Below the pieces are notes generated by a model. The model was not told the DNA's origin. It was given only the letters and a program-made list of their open reading frames with translations, and searched no databases. Positions 34,577 to 43,654 of a stretch of DNA of 64,000 nucleotides are shown piece after piece. The translations under genes and the position numbers were made by a program. The stretch is from a virus, in the IMG/VR virus record IMGVR_UViG_3300019124_000103, positions 1 to 64,000 of that record; one strand, written 5' to 3'. Every line of letters starts with the position of its first letter. Position 1 is the stretch's first letter.

Positions 34577-35913
34577 TGCCTGTCGATACTGGAATCTTCA
34601 ACTTGCTGGGGCGGGGCGTTAAGTCCGTCGCCGAGTACGACGCAGAGGCCCAGCAGGCGCAGATGAACAAGCTGAACTTGCTTCGCGCTCGTCAGCAGAT
34701 GGCCGAACAGCAGGCGCTGGACGGCGAGCGTTCGGAGCTTGCCAAGATCATGCCGACGCTGGACCGCAAGGCGCCCGATGCGATGCAGAGGCTGTATCAG
34801 GTGGCGCCACGGAGCGCGCCGGCCGTCATCAAGCAATGGCAGGATCAAGACAAGACAGACGCAGAGATCGCCGACAAAAAGTCGTTGACGGCCGACCGGG
34901 AATTCAAGTCACAGAAAGACCGCTACCTGCACGGCGTTTCATTGCTTCAGGGGGCGCAAACGCCCGAAGAAGCATTGCGCGCGGTCGACGAGGGCATCAA
35001 GCTCGGCGCCTGGGATCGCGAGAAGGCGACAGGCATGGTGCAGGCGATGAAGGCGGCCCACGATAGCGGAGACTTCCGGGGCTGGCAGCAGCTCTACTTG
35101 AAGACCGTTCTGAGCCCCGAGAAGCTGCTTCCCCAGGTGCAGAACCGCGACACGGGCGGCGCCATTCAAACGCTCGCCATTGACCCGCTGACTGGCAAGC
35201 CCTCGGTAACGGGCAGCGTTGCGAAGACGATGAGCCCGGAACAGGTGGACGCCTCAAAGCGCGGGTGGGCACAGTTTGGTGAAACCCGGCGGCACAACCT
35301 CGTTTCTGAGGGTTTCCGTGCGCAAGAGCTGACCACAGGGCGGGAAGAGAAGGTAGCCACGAAGAAGGCCGAGGCCGTCGAAAAGGCGGTCACCAAGTTC
35401 TCAGACACCATCCAGAAAGAAGGCATCCCTGAACTAGAAACGGCAGTGGCGCAAGCAGAAAACGCGCTGGGGAGATACAAGCCCGGCCAGGTGCCAGGGG
35501 TAGGCCCCATCAAGAACGCGCTTCCTGCCGCGTTGATGAGCGCTGAAGGCAAGGACGTTCGCCAGGCGCTCGCACAGGTGCGCAACATCGTTCTAAGCGC
35601 TCGCTCGGGCGCTGCCGTGACGGATCAGGAACTGCGTCGGCTGGTTGAGGAAATTGGTACTGGCGCCGGTATGGACGATGCAGACATCCGCCGTGGGCTC
35701 CAAAAGGTCCGCGCTCGGCTGGATCAGATCAAGACCAACGCGGCGGCGGGCGTTTCGGACGAGGTGCTGAACACGTATCGGGAGCGCGGCGGCCTTGACA
35801 TCCGTCGCGGCGGTAAGCCTGAAGCCGCACAGCGCACGGTGGTTCGCACGGGCACTCACAACGGCCGGAAGGTTGTCCAGTACAGCGATGGGACGGTTGA
35901 CTATGCCAATTGA
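34576..35913 (+). CDS. DNA ejection protein (gp20-like)
   Basis: Position, helical composition, RSGAAVTDQE. Confidence 0.65.
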   Translation: MPVDTGIFNLLGRGVKSVAEYDAEAQQAQMNKLNLLRARQQMAEQQALDGERSELAKIMPTLDRKAPDAMQRLYQVAPRSAPAVIKQWQDQDKTDAEIADKKSLTADREFKSQKDRYLHGVSLLQGAQTPEEALRAVDEGIKLGAWDREKATGMVQAMKAAHDSGDFRGWQQLYLKTVLSPEKLLPQVQNRDTGGAIQTLAIDPLTGKPSVTGSVAKTMSPEQVDASKRGWAQFGETRRHNLVSEGFRAQELTTGREEKVATKKAEAVEKAVTKFSDTIQKEGIPELETAVAQAENALGRYKPGQVPGVGPIKNALPAALMSAEGKDVRQALAQVRNIVLSARSGAAVTDQELRRLVEEIGTGAGMDDADIRRGLQKVRARLDQIKTNAAAGVSDEVLNTYRERGGLDIRRGGKPEAAQRTVVRTGTHNGRKVVQYSDGTVDYAN

Positions 35914-37753
35914 TCCAAAGCAGGTTCAGTGGGACCCCATCGACCCCAGCGCGGTGCAATGGGACGAGAGCCCCAAGGCAGCGAAACCGAGTCGCTCAGA
36001 CCTGTGGAAGCGCGAGCTTCAGCGTTCCGCTCCATACGGAATCGCCCGGGGCGTGAAGGATGTTATTGACACCGGCGCTAAAGCGCTCGCATCGGGTTTC
36101 GACGCCTTGACTGGCAGCAATGAGGCGCAGCGCGTCGGCGACATGAACGCCCAAGGGAAGGCCGAGTTTGATCGAGTGGCTGGCGACAGCACCAGCGCGA
36201 GTATCGGCCGCATCGCTGGCAACATCGCCGGCACGGCGCCGCTGATCTCTGCTGCTGGCGCCGGTGTTGCTGCGGCCGGTCTTCCTCGGCTCGGCGCGGC
36301 GATTGGTAGCGGCGGTTTCACCACGGGGGCCGCGCCTGTGGGCGCTTTGGCCCGGTCGGCAGACATGGGAGTCCGCATGGCCGGAGGCGCCCTGGCCGGC
36401 GGGGCGCAGGCGGGCATGGTTGACCCGAGTAGTGCAGGGACCGGGGCGGCAGTGGGCGCAGCGCTCCCGCCAGGGGTGGCAGCGCTTGGGCGTGTTGGCG
36501 CAGTTGGCGGCGAGATGCTTAAGAAGGGAGGAGCGGTGGTAAGCGACCGCGTGGCCTCCCGTGTAGCAACCGAGAAGGCCGCGGAAGCCATCGGGCCGAG
36601 TGGAGTCCGCCAGGCGGTGGGCGACCTGCAAACCTACTTCCCCAAGGGGGCCGAGGGCATCCCTGTCTCTAGTGCTGGTGTGACCGGCAATCTCGGCCTT
36701 GCGCGACTTGAGCAGGGCTCTCGCCTTCGTGTTCCGGAGAAGTGGGCCGAGTTCGATACACAGCAGTCGAAAGCCGTGTTCGACAACGTGCTAAAGGCGA
36801 CGCAGAGTGCCGATGAGATCGGGGCGCTCAAGGGGGCGCGGCAGGCAAACTGGCAGGAGGCCTGGGCTAAAGCTGACAGCAGTTTCAAGCCGAAGGTGTG
36901 GAACAAGAAGATGGGCGAACTTGGCCCGAAGATTGACCAAGCGTTGCGCTCCCCAGAGTCCTCAAACCCTGCAGTGCGCGGCTTGCTGCAGGCCATCAAG
37001 GACGAGGTAATCAGAGTTGGTCCGGATTTCAGCCCCGCTCATCTCCAGCAGATCCGGGCGAATCTGAACGGGCGCGCGAACCCGCTTTCACCGGATGCCT
37101 TCAAGTCGGCGCCTCGTGACTCGGCCGCGGTTAAGTCCGTGATTCGGGAGCTTGACGACATCCTCAACTCAGCCACTGGAAACAAGTGGCAGAAGGTGTT
37201 GGAGGGGTACGCCAAGGATTCAGAGGTGGTGCATTCGGCCGCGGCAGCATCGAAGGTTCGCGGCGCTTTCGTGGACCGGGAGACTGGACGCATCCTGACG
37301 AAAACGCGAGACGCGAATGGCGAAGTCCCTGTTATCACGGAAAGTGCGCTTACCCGGGCGATGAACAGCGCCAGGCTTCCGGACAAATCCCTGGCACTCA
37401 GCCAAGAGGCCAATCACAGACTAGAAGCGACGCTTGATGCCATGCGCAGGCAAGCGATTGTCCAGAACCTGAAGCGATCAGCGACGGCCGGTGGCGGCTC
37501 GGACACTGTGGCTAACGCATTCGCCGCAGATGCAGCGCGAACTGTTGCGCCGAACCGTTTGCTGGAGTTGATCGATGGGCTGCGCCGAGTGGGGACGGCT
37601 CGCACGGATCGGCAGCTAGCCGACCTGTTGAGCAACCCGGACGATCTTGCGAACGCGCTGAACCTTCTCAGCGCCCGCCAGGGTCGCCCCCCGGTGGGGA
37701 ATGCTCTTGCCCCTGCTTATCGGGCTGCCCCGACCCTAGCGGCCGACCGGTAA
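35903..37753 (+). CDS. DNA ejection protein (gp16-like)
   Basis: Ala/Gly-rich hydrophobic N-half, third ejection gene position. Confidence 0.65.
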   Translation: MPIDPKQVQWDPIDPSAVQWDESPKAAKPSRSDLWKRELQRSAPYGIARGVKDVIDTGAKALASGFDALTGSNEAQRVGDMNAQGKAEFDRVAGDSTSASIGRIAGNIAGTAPLISAAGAGVAAAGLPRLGAAIGSGGFTTGAAPVGALARSADMGVRMAGGALAGGAQAGMVDPSSAGTGAAVGAALPPGVAALGRVGAVGGEMLKKGGAVVSDRVASRVATEKAAEAIGPSGVRQAVGDLQTYFPKGAEGIPVSSAGVTGNLGLARLEQGSRLRVPEKWAEFDTQQSKAVFDNVLKATQSADEIGALKGARQANWQEAWAKADSSFKPKVWNKKMGELGPKIDQALRSPESSNPAVRGLLQAIKDEVIRVGPDFSPAHLQQIRANLNGRANPLSPDAFKSAPRDSAAVKSVIRELDDILNSATGNKWQKVLEGYAKDSEVVHSAAAASKVRGAFVDRETGRILTKTRDANGEVPVITESALTRAMNSARLPDKSLALSQEANHRLEATLDAMRRQAIVQNLKRSATAGGGSDTVANAFAADAARTVAPNRLLELIDGLRRVGTARTDRQLADLLSNPDDLANALNLLSARQGRPPVGNALAPAYRAAPTLAADR

Positions 37754-37832
37754 AGCCGCAGTAGACGCCCCAGCAAAACGCGGCGAACAAGACAACAACT
37801 GTCTTCCAGATCAGGTAGTCGCTGAATTCCAC
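37668..37832 (-). CDS. 54-aa single-TM antisense protein (not in ORF track)
   Basis: Manual translation MEFSDYLIWKTVVVLFAAFCWGVYCGFTGRPLG...; GTG start after AGGGGG. Confidence 0.5.
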   Translation of the reverse strand: MEFSDYLIWKTVVVLFAAFCWGVYCGFTGRPLGSGQPDKQGQEHSPPGGDPGGR

Positions 37833-37834
37833 CT

Positions 37835-37866
37835 AAGCCCCCTGGCTCGCGCCTCGGGGCTTTTTT
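37835..37866 (+). terminator. Rho-independent terminator
   Basis: AAGCCCC...GGGGCTTTTTT. Confidence 0.75.
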
Positions 37867-37878
37867 CATTGCCCCGCC

Positions 37879-39759
37879 ATGTACCTACTGCAAAACCTCC
37901 CGCAGCGTATCACGGACAGCAACGGCAACATCTGTGCCGGCGCCAAGGTCTACACCTACGTCACCGGGACGACGACGCCCAAAACGTCTTACACGGATCA
38001 GGCGGGGATCGTTCCTCACCCGAACCCGATCATCCTTGGCTCGGATGGTCTGCTGCCTCAGATCTGGCTCGATAGCGATTCCGAATATCGCGTCCAGGTG
38101 AGAACGTCAGACGACAGCCTGCTGTTCACCTGGGACGACTTGAGCGGCACCGAGGGGGCAGGGGTGCTCCGCAGTGAACTTGTGTCCACCGATGGGGCTG
38201 GTTATGTCGGGCTCGACCTCGAAAATAACTATGTCGCCAGCACCATCGGCTGGGGTGTTCGTGTCGCTTCTCGCGGGCTGAACATCCTTCGTTATGTTCC
38301 GCCGTCCATGTGGGCTGCTGCGCTGGCTGGAACAAGCACCGACGATCACACGGCATACATCCAGCAGGCGATCAACGCGGCTTCCAACAGCATGGAGACC
38401 GAGGTTTTCTTTCCCGCTGGGAAGTGGAACTACACCCGGCTGTATTGCTACTACGACGCAGCGCTGAACCCCGGCTTCAACATCAACCGCAATGCCGAGG
38501 TGTGGCTGAACGGCGCAGGCTACGCGCCCGAGAACGGTGGGGCCTGCGGGACGGTGCTGAACTGCACCAGCGCCACGGGCGACGGGCTGACGGTTTCGCC
38601 CGCCTCTGAAGATGCTGTGCCGTACCGGGGGCGAGATTTCCGGGCCAGCGGGATCAGCTTCCAAGGCGGGACGACGGGCTTCCTCGTGGTGTGCCGCGGC
38701 GTGCCTAGCGCTCGCTTTGATGGTTGCGAGTTCGTGCAGTCGAATGCAGCGGGCAACTTCCTGCACTTCACCACGGCTTATTTCGGGGGGCTGGATCTTT
38801 GCCGGTTCCGCAACACGGCTGCCCAGCCCTGGAGCGGAACCGCGATCAGATTCGGGACCACGATTGACGGCGGCCTGTTCGACATCAACCGCTGCAACAT
38901 CAACGGCAGCGCCATTGCGCTGGACTGCTATACCGGGTCGTGGCAGCTCATGAGCATCTACGACTCAGAGTTGTTGGGAACCTCCTACAACATCCGCAGT
39001 TCTGGCGGGGTCATCCAGCAGCTCAACTGCTACAGCACCTATTTCGAGGGGGTGTCCACTTCGTTCATTGCGGACAGTGCGCCGAACCTGATTCGCAACG
39101 TGAACCTGTTCGGGTGCTGGTTCTTTGGCCCATACCTGACCGGCCCGGCCATCAACCTGCAGGCCCCGAACTCGGTGCAGATCCTCGGGGGTTACTCGCA
39201 GGATCAGAACAAGCCGTTCTTGAACATCGCCGCGACCCCTTCCGGCGGTCGGGCGAACTATCGCGTGTCGGGGTTCAACTTCACCCGCACGACACCAGCC
39301 CCCGCACCGGTGACGCTGTTTACTGGTGTCCTTCCGACTCTAGACGGGGTGGATTACCCGGTCAGTGATCCGAACGTCACGCTGTACGCCACGACGGCGG
39401 CCAGCGGCTTTCCCATCGAAACGCGCGGCCTGATTGGAAACGCTGCGCAGATGACGGCCGGTGGCTTGGGTGTGAGTTGGGTCAAGTCCTACAGCGTGGG
39501 CGGTGGCGCCATCATCGACCAAGGGGGGGATGCCTTTCCTCGGTCCATTGTCGTGACTCAATCGGCAGGTGCGACGGTTCGGCTCGCCGCGGCAGCCGCT
39601 GGTCTGCCGCACGGAACACTGACTTTCGTGAAGAACGCTAACGCCTCAGTCGGGAACCTTTCGGTTACCCGCAACGGCGGTGCCGTGCTTGCCTCCTTGG
39701 CTCCCGGCGCCTCGGGCTGGTTCCTATTGGATCTTCGCACTGCCGGCGATTGGGTTTGA
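37879..39759 (+). CDS. Tailspike 3 (anchor + beta-helix)
   Basis: AGAKVYTYVTGTTTPK.SYTD...NPIIL..DG anchor; DDHTAYIQQAIN...VFFPAGKW. Confidence 0.85.
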   Translation: MYLLQNLPQRITDSNGNICAGAKVYTYVTGTTTPKTSYTDQAGIVPHPNPIILGSDGLLPQIWLDSDSEYRVQVRTSDDSLLFTWDDLSGTEGAGVLRSELVSTDGAGYVGLDLENNYVASTIGWGVRVASRGLNILRYVPPSMWAAALAGTSTDDHTAYIQQAINAASNSMETEVFFPAGKWNYTRLYCYYDAALNPGFNINRNAEVWLNGAGYAPENGGACGTVLNCTSATGDGLTVSPASEDAVPYRGRDFRASGISFQGGTTGFLVVCRGVPSARFDGCEFVQSNAAGNFLHFTTAYFGGLDLCRFRNTAAQPWSGTAIRFGTTIDGGLFDINRCNINGSAIALDCYTGSWQLMSIYDSELLGTSYNIRSSGGVIQQLNCYSTYFEGVSTSFIADSAPNLIRNVNLFGCWFFGPYLTGPAINLQAPNSVQILGGYSQDQNKPFLNIAATPSGGRANYRVSGFNFTRTTPAPAPVTLFTGVLPTLDGVDYPVSDPNVTLYATTAASGFPIETRGLIGNAAQMTAGGLGVSWVKSYSVGGGAIIDQGGDAFPRSIVVTQSAGATVRLAAAAAGLPHGTLTFVKNANASVGNLSVTRNGGAVLASLAPGASGWFLLDLRTAGDWV

Positions 39760-39760
39760 C

Positions 39761-39973
39761 ATGAATCTCAACGATCTGCCGCAAGCGGCATCAACTATGC
39801 ATGACCCGCGGGTAAAGCTCGCAACTGCCTGGGGAGGCGTGGGCGTGTCAGAAATTCTCGGTGCCTTTGGCATCAACTCGTGGAGCGACTTCGCGGCGAT
39901 GCTTGCTGCGATTTACTCGCTCATCCTCATCATTGAATGGGCCTGGAAGAAGGCGAAGGGGCGAAAGAAGTGA
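39761..39973 (+). CDS. Holin (putative)
   Basis: 70 aa, hydrophobic segments, basic C-terminus, near endolysin. Confidence 0.7.
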   Translation: MNLNDLPQAASTMHDPRVKLATAWGGVGVSEILGAFGINSWSDFAAMLAAIYSLILIIEWAWKKAKGRKK

Positions 39974-40170
39974 AGAAGAAGCAACCCCAAGACACAGGGC
40001 CGCGATGCGGCTCTTGTGCTTTCTGGCGCCATGAAGATGGCAACGAAGTAGGGGAATGCTTCTTCTATCCTCCGAAAGTTCAGTTTGACGACGAGGGAAA
40101 CTTCTTTCTGATTCGTCCGGTGGTTGATGACCTTGAGCCCGCATGCGGGCAGTTCAAGGGCAAGCAATGA
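39970..40170 (+). CDS. Small Cys-rich protein
   Basis: CGSCAFW...GEC...PP...CGQF. Confidence 0.65.
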   Translation: MKKKQPQDTGPRCGSCAFWRHEDGNEVGECFFYPPKVQFDDEGNFFLIRPVVDDLEPACGQFKGKQ

Positions 40171-40925
40171 AGACCCTGCTCCTGGACATTGAGACAGCGC
40201 CGAATCTGGTTCACGTCTGGGGGCTGTATCAGCAGAACGTGGGCATCAATCAGATCCAGGCGAGCGGTTACGTTCTGTGCTGGGCCGCGAAGTGGTACGG
40301 GAAGAAGGAGATCCTCTTTGATTCCGTCCACGCTTCCAGTCGCAAGCGGATGCTTAAACGCATCCATGCCTTGATCGATGAAGCTGATGTGATCGTCCAT
40401 TACAACGGGACGAAGTTTGACCTCCCCACCTTGAATAAGGAGTTCATCAAGGAAGGGATGTCGCCTCCAGCGCCGTACAAGCAGGTGGACCTGCTGAAGA
40501 CGGCGCGAGGACAGTTTCGCTTCCCATCCAACAAGCTGGACTACATCGCGCAGGAGTTGGGGCTGGGACAGAAGTTCAAGCACTCAGGGCACGAACTCTG
40601 GACCCGCTGCATGGCGAAAGATCCACAAGCCTGGGCCGAGATGGAGAAGTACAACCGCCAGGACGTGGCCCTTCTTGAGAAGGTCTACGACCGGATGATG
40701 CCGTGGATCAAGTCGCACCCGAATCATGGGGTGTACGACGAGCCCGGCATCCCTGTCTGCCCGAACTGCGGCGGCCACCACTTACAAAAACGTGGTGTCG
40801 CGCGCACGGTTGCAAACATATATGCGAGGTACCAGTGCCAGGGGTGTGGCGGCTGGAGCCGTGAGCCCCTGTCCGAGATGGCCCGAGAGGATCGGGCCTT
40901 GATCCTCCGACGCGACAACGGCTAG
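40167..40925 (+). CDS. DEDD/RNase H-like 3'-5' exonuclease with C-terminal Zn ribbon
   Basis: LDIET, HYNGTKFDLP, YNRQDV; CPNCG...CQGCG. Confidence 0.85.
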   Translation: MKTLLLDIETAPNLVHVWGLYQQNVGINQIQASGYVLCWAAKWYGKKEILFDSVHASSRKRMLKRIHALIDEADVIVHYNGTKFDLPTLNKEFIKEGMSPPAPYKQVDLLKTARGQFRFPSNKLDYIAQELGLGQKFKHSGHELWTRCMAKDPQAWAEMEKYNRQDVALLEKVYDRMMPWIKSHPNHGVYDEPGIPVCPNCGGHHLQKRGVARTVANIYARYQCQGCGGWSREPLSEMAREDRALILRRDNG

Positions 40926-41069
40926 TTATCCAACAGATCAAAGGCTGTTGTATAGCGAAACAGCCTCCAAGCTGTTGCCCCGAATTCGCGGTTCGTGAGT
41001 TCCGAATCAGCCGGCCCCTCGCCGCCAGGGACCGTGCCGTGTCTTTCTGACGGCTTCAGGAGTCCCCCC

Positions 41070-41270
41070 ATGAAAAAGCTGATCGCCGCGCTTGCGGTGT
41101 GCATTGCCGTGCCCGTCATCGCCATAGAGGTGAATCTCACCCCCGAAGAGCAGCAGTTGTGCGACGAACAGGGCGGGTGCGTGTTCGCCACCCGTCAGCA
41201 CATCCTGGCCTTGATCGAGCGGGCATTCACCGAAGGGGTCAAGCGTGGACAAGCCAAGTGCAGCTTGTAA
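41070..41270 (+). CDS. Small exported hypothetical protein
   Basis: MKKLIAALAVCIAVPVIA signal-like start; AGGAG RBS. Confidence 0.6.
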   Translation: MKKLIAALAVCIAVPVIAIEVNLTPEEQQLCDEQGGCVFATRQHILALIERAFTEGVKRGQAKCSL

Positions 41271-41445
41271 GCCCTACGCCTGGGCCGTCGAGTATTCCAA
41301 AGGACTCGGCGGCCTTTTCTTTGACCGCGCCCGCGCCGACCAGGCTGCGGTGAACCTGCACGGCGTTGTCGTGCCTCTTTATGACCACCCAAAAGAAGAC
41401 TGCCGCTGCCCTTGCCATCGCGGTGGCGATTGCTGCGCCGTTTGA
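41245..41445 (+). CDS. Hypothetical protein
   Basis: PYAWAV...VVPLY motif; overlaps both neighbours. Confidence 0.4.
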   Translation: MDKPSAACKPYAWAVEYSKGLGGLFFDRARADQAAVNLHGVVVPLYDHPKEDCRCPCHRGGDCCAV

Positions 41446-41839
41446 GGGCCTGAGAAATTGGGCCTATCGAGATCCGGTAGGAATCCCAACGATCTGCTTT
41501 GGCTCAACCAAGGGCGTGAGGATGGGGGACTACAAGACGACGGCCGAGTGCAAAGCCCTGCTCACCCACGAGATGCGGGAGTTTGTCGAGACGGTAGACC
41601 GATGCGCTCCGGGGCTGCCCCCTAACGCCTTGGCCGCTTTCTCGTCGGCGGCTTTCAACGTGGGGCCGGCCCTGACTTGTGGCGACACCACGGCGGCCAG
41701 GCTGTTGAGGCAAGGACACTGGCGGGAGGCCTGTGACCAGCTCCCCAGGTGGAACAAGGCCAGGGTGGCAGGTCAGTTGGTGGAGTTGCCAGGGCTTACC
41801 AAGCGGCGGGCGGCCGAGCGGGAGCTGTGCTTGTCATGA
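41381..41839 (+). CDS. Endolysin (GH24 lysozyme, SAR-type N-terminus)
   Basis: FEG...AYRDPVGIPTICFGST (E-8x-D-5x-T), GLTKRRAAE; Ala-rich N-terminal helix. Confidence 0.93.
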   Translation: MTTQKKTAAALAIAVAIAAPFEGLRNWAYRDPVGIPTICFGSTKGVRMGDYKTTAECKALLTHEMREFVETVDRCAPGLPPNALAAFSSAAFNVGPALTCGDTTAARLLRQGHWREACDQLPRWNKARVAGQLVELPGLTKRRAAERELCLS

Positions 41840-42198
41840 CGCCATACCTAACCCTAGCCGCTGTCGCCATGGTCGGCGTTCTCACTGGCGGCGCCTACTA
41901 CCAAGGCCGCAAGGACGGCGAAAACAAGATCATCGCCCAGCAGGCGAGGGAAGAACAGATTGCCCTCAAGGCTGCCGATGCCGCCGCCTCCGCCGCCGCA
42001 CAAGCCATCGCCCGTATCAAGGTTCAACACCGCACGATCACTCAAGAGGTGCAGCGTGAAGTTATCCAAGTGCCTGCTTACCGTGAGTGCAAGCATGACC
42101 CTAGCGTCCTGCGCAACATCAATGCCGCCATTGCGGGACAACCCGCGTCAGCACCTGATCGAAGCAAGTTGCCCGGAACTGACGCCCCTGACCGATGA
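41836..42198 (+). CDS. Rz: Inner-membrane spanin
   Basis: N-terminal TM, helical periplasmic part, follows endolysin. Confidence 0.8.
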   Translation: MTPYLTLAAVAMVGVLTGGAYYQGRKDGENKIIAQQAREEQIALKAADAAASAAAQAIARIKVQHRTITQEVQREVIQVPAYRECKHDPSVLRNINAAIAGQPASAPDRSKLPGTDAPDR

Positions 42199-42292
42199 CA
42201 CGTTCGGCGGGACTACTCTGAAGCTTCTGGAGCTGATCGGGCTGTATCGGGAGTGCCGGGCTGCGGCGCTGGGTAGGGACGCCACACCTTGA
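42056..42292 (+). CDS. Rz1: Outer-membrane spanin lipoprotein
   Basis: Overlaps Rz in another frame; lipobox LASC; CPEL...YREC. Confidence 0.75.
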   Translation: MKLSKCLLTVSASMTLASCATSMPPLRDNPRQHLIEASCPELTPLTDDTFGGTTLKLLELIGLYRECRAAALGRDATP

Positions 42293-42659
42293 TCCCGGTA
42301 GCCACGCAGCGCCTGGTGCAGTCCTCCGTGCCCCTGCCGCCCGGGAATGCAATGGCGCCGGTCGCGCCCGCGGCAACCATGCGCTGATTCCGCTCCGGCC
42401 CCGCCTTCGGACCGAGCGCGCGCCAGTCCGCCTCGAACCGCTGCACGTCCACCCCGCGCGCCTTGGCCCATTCGTCGGCCAGCGCGTCAGCACCAGTTGG
42501 GCAGGCGCCGTGAACCAGCAACGTGATCCGCCGCCGGGAGTGCGCGAGATCGAGGGCAGCAAACACCCGCTCCCGGTCCTCGTAGTCCCGGCCGCCGGTG
42601 ACGATCACGACATGCCTGTCGGGGTGGTGCCGCAGCCAGGCGATGTGCGCGGCCAGCAT
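42213..42659 (-). CDS. SLOG-superfamily protein (DUF2493/YspA-like; start may be up to ~70 bp earlier)
   Basis: IVTGGRDY, VHGACPTGADALA, AGPERNQRM, AFPGGRGT. Confidence 0.85.
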   Translation of the reverse strand: MLAAHIAWLRHHPDRHVVIVTGGRDYEDRERVFAALDLAHSRRRITLLVHGACPTGADALADEWAKARGVDVQRFEADWRALGPKAGPERNQRMVAAGATGAIAFPGGRGTEDCTRRCVATGIKVWRPYPAPQPGTPDTARSAPEASE

Positions 42660-42735
42660 CGACTCGCGCGTGCTGACTGGTGGCCCGGGAGGTGATGGGC
42701 CGATGACTGGGGGATAGGACGGGTTGCCCACCCCA

Positions 42736-42996
42736 TCAGGATATGCCGAACTCGCCCCGGACCGCCCCGCCTCCCTCGGGCAACGACATCTTCGAGGCGA
42801 TCTCCTCCTGGGCGCTGATCTGGTTAGCGGAGCAGCCGTGTCTGCAGGCGGGCATGTCCGTCCGATGCCGTCCCTGCTTATCGATCCCCACCCCACAGGG
42901 GGAGTAGTAGGCGTTGCCGCAGTTGCACACTTGACGCCCGTCCGCGAAGTTCCGTACAAGCTGCTGCCAGGCTGTGAGTGAATTGGGGGTAGTCAT
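42736..42996 (-). CDS. Cys-rich hypothetical protein
   Basis: CNCG...C...CRHGCSAN; GGAGG RBS, ATGA coupling. Confidence 0.65.
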   Translation of the reverse strand: MTTPNSLTAWQQLVRNFADGRQVCNCGNAYYSPCGVGIDKQGRHRTDMPACRHGCSANQISAQEEIASKMSLPEGGGAVRGEFGIS

Positions 42997-43304
42997 GTTT
43001 TCACCTCCTGGGGCATCGTGGCGGGTGGGGCGGCTGAAAGCATGGCGGACCAATACTGGCGGGAATCCGCCCACTCGTCTACTTTAAGTGCGGCAGCCGT
43101 CAGCATCGCCTCTGTGGGCTCCACCGGCACCAGTTTCCACCCCTTCGGTACAGCAGATATGCGGGAGAGGGCGGCCGTGACGTCTTCGAAAAGCTCGGCA
43201 GCCAAGGTCTCGGCGTTGTTGCGGGACATGCTGCCGTCCGCTGCGGCCTGCAGGTAGCCGCCGATCTCGGCCAGCAATTCGCGCAAATCTGTCGTCTGTG
43301 TCAT
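42993..43304 (-). CDS. Hypothetical early-type protein
   Basis: VPKGWKLVPVEPTEAML...AMLSAAP module. Confidence 0.7.
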   Translation of the reverse strand: MTQTTDLRELLAEIGGYLQAAADGSMSRNNAETLAAELFEDVTAALSRISAVPKGWKLVPVEPTEAMLTAAALKVDEWADSRQYWSAMLSAAPPATMPQEVKT

Positions 43305-43639
43305 TCGGTACTCCCTATTGCGGCTGCGGCGCGGACGATGGCGAGGCGGGTGGCGGCGTAGGGGTTATCACCGTGCGCCTCGGTCGAAAAGCCAAGGTGG
43401 CTCTCTGCGTCGGTCAGGTTGTTGTCGATGTGCGGCGTGATCTTCAGCTTCACGGCCAGCCGCAGGGCATCGCCGTCGTCGTTGAGCGGATTCCAGAGCG
43501 AGCTGCCGCCCCGTTCGTTGAAGATCGAGAGGCCGCCGGCCTTGTGTCCCGGGAAGACAACCAGCTTGTCGGCGTCGCCCTCGATCCTGTGCCCCGCAGC
43601 CCGTGCCGCTGCCTCCAGCATCTGTCTTGTGTCAGTCAT
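43301..43639 (-). CDS. Hypothetical early-type protein
   Basis: MLEAAARAAG...WNPLNDDGDALRLAVKL...ATRLAIVRAAA family pattern; GGAG RBS. Confidence 0.75.
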   Translation of the reverse strand: MTDTRQMLEAAARAAGHRIEGDADKLVVFPGHKAGGLSIFNERGGSSLWNPLNDDGDALRLAVKLKITPHIDNNLTDAESHLGFSTEAHGDNPYAATRLAIVRAAAAIGSTE

Positions 43640-43654
43640 TGCAGTGTCTCCAGG

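Larger units (their letters stand above)
1..42292. mobile_element. Prophage unit A (lambdoid organisation, P22-like podovirus structural module)
   Basis: int-xis, leftward early operon, cI/cro, replication, Q, terS/terL, portal, scaffold, capsid, ejection proteins, tailspikes, holin/endolysin/spanins in canonical order; no tape measure or sheath gene seen. The boundary with unit B is uncertain (see findings). Confidence 0.93.

Noticed and set aside
24839-39759. Diversity-generating retroelement or invertible tail-fibre cassette
   Set aside because: No reverse transcriptase, no TR/VR repeat pair and no invertase or flanking inverted repeats recognised
40941-40965. Possible SOS box AGGCTGTTGTATAGCGAAACAGCCT
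   Set aside because: CTG-CAG spacing is wrong (13 rather than 10) or needs a mismatch in the invariant CTG; better explained as a simple hairpin
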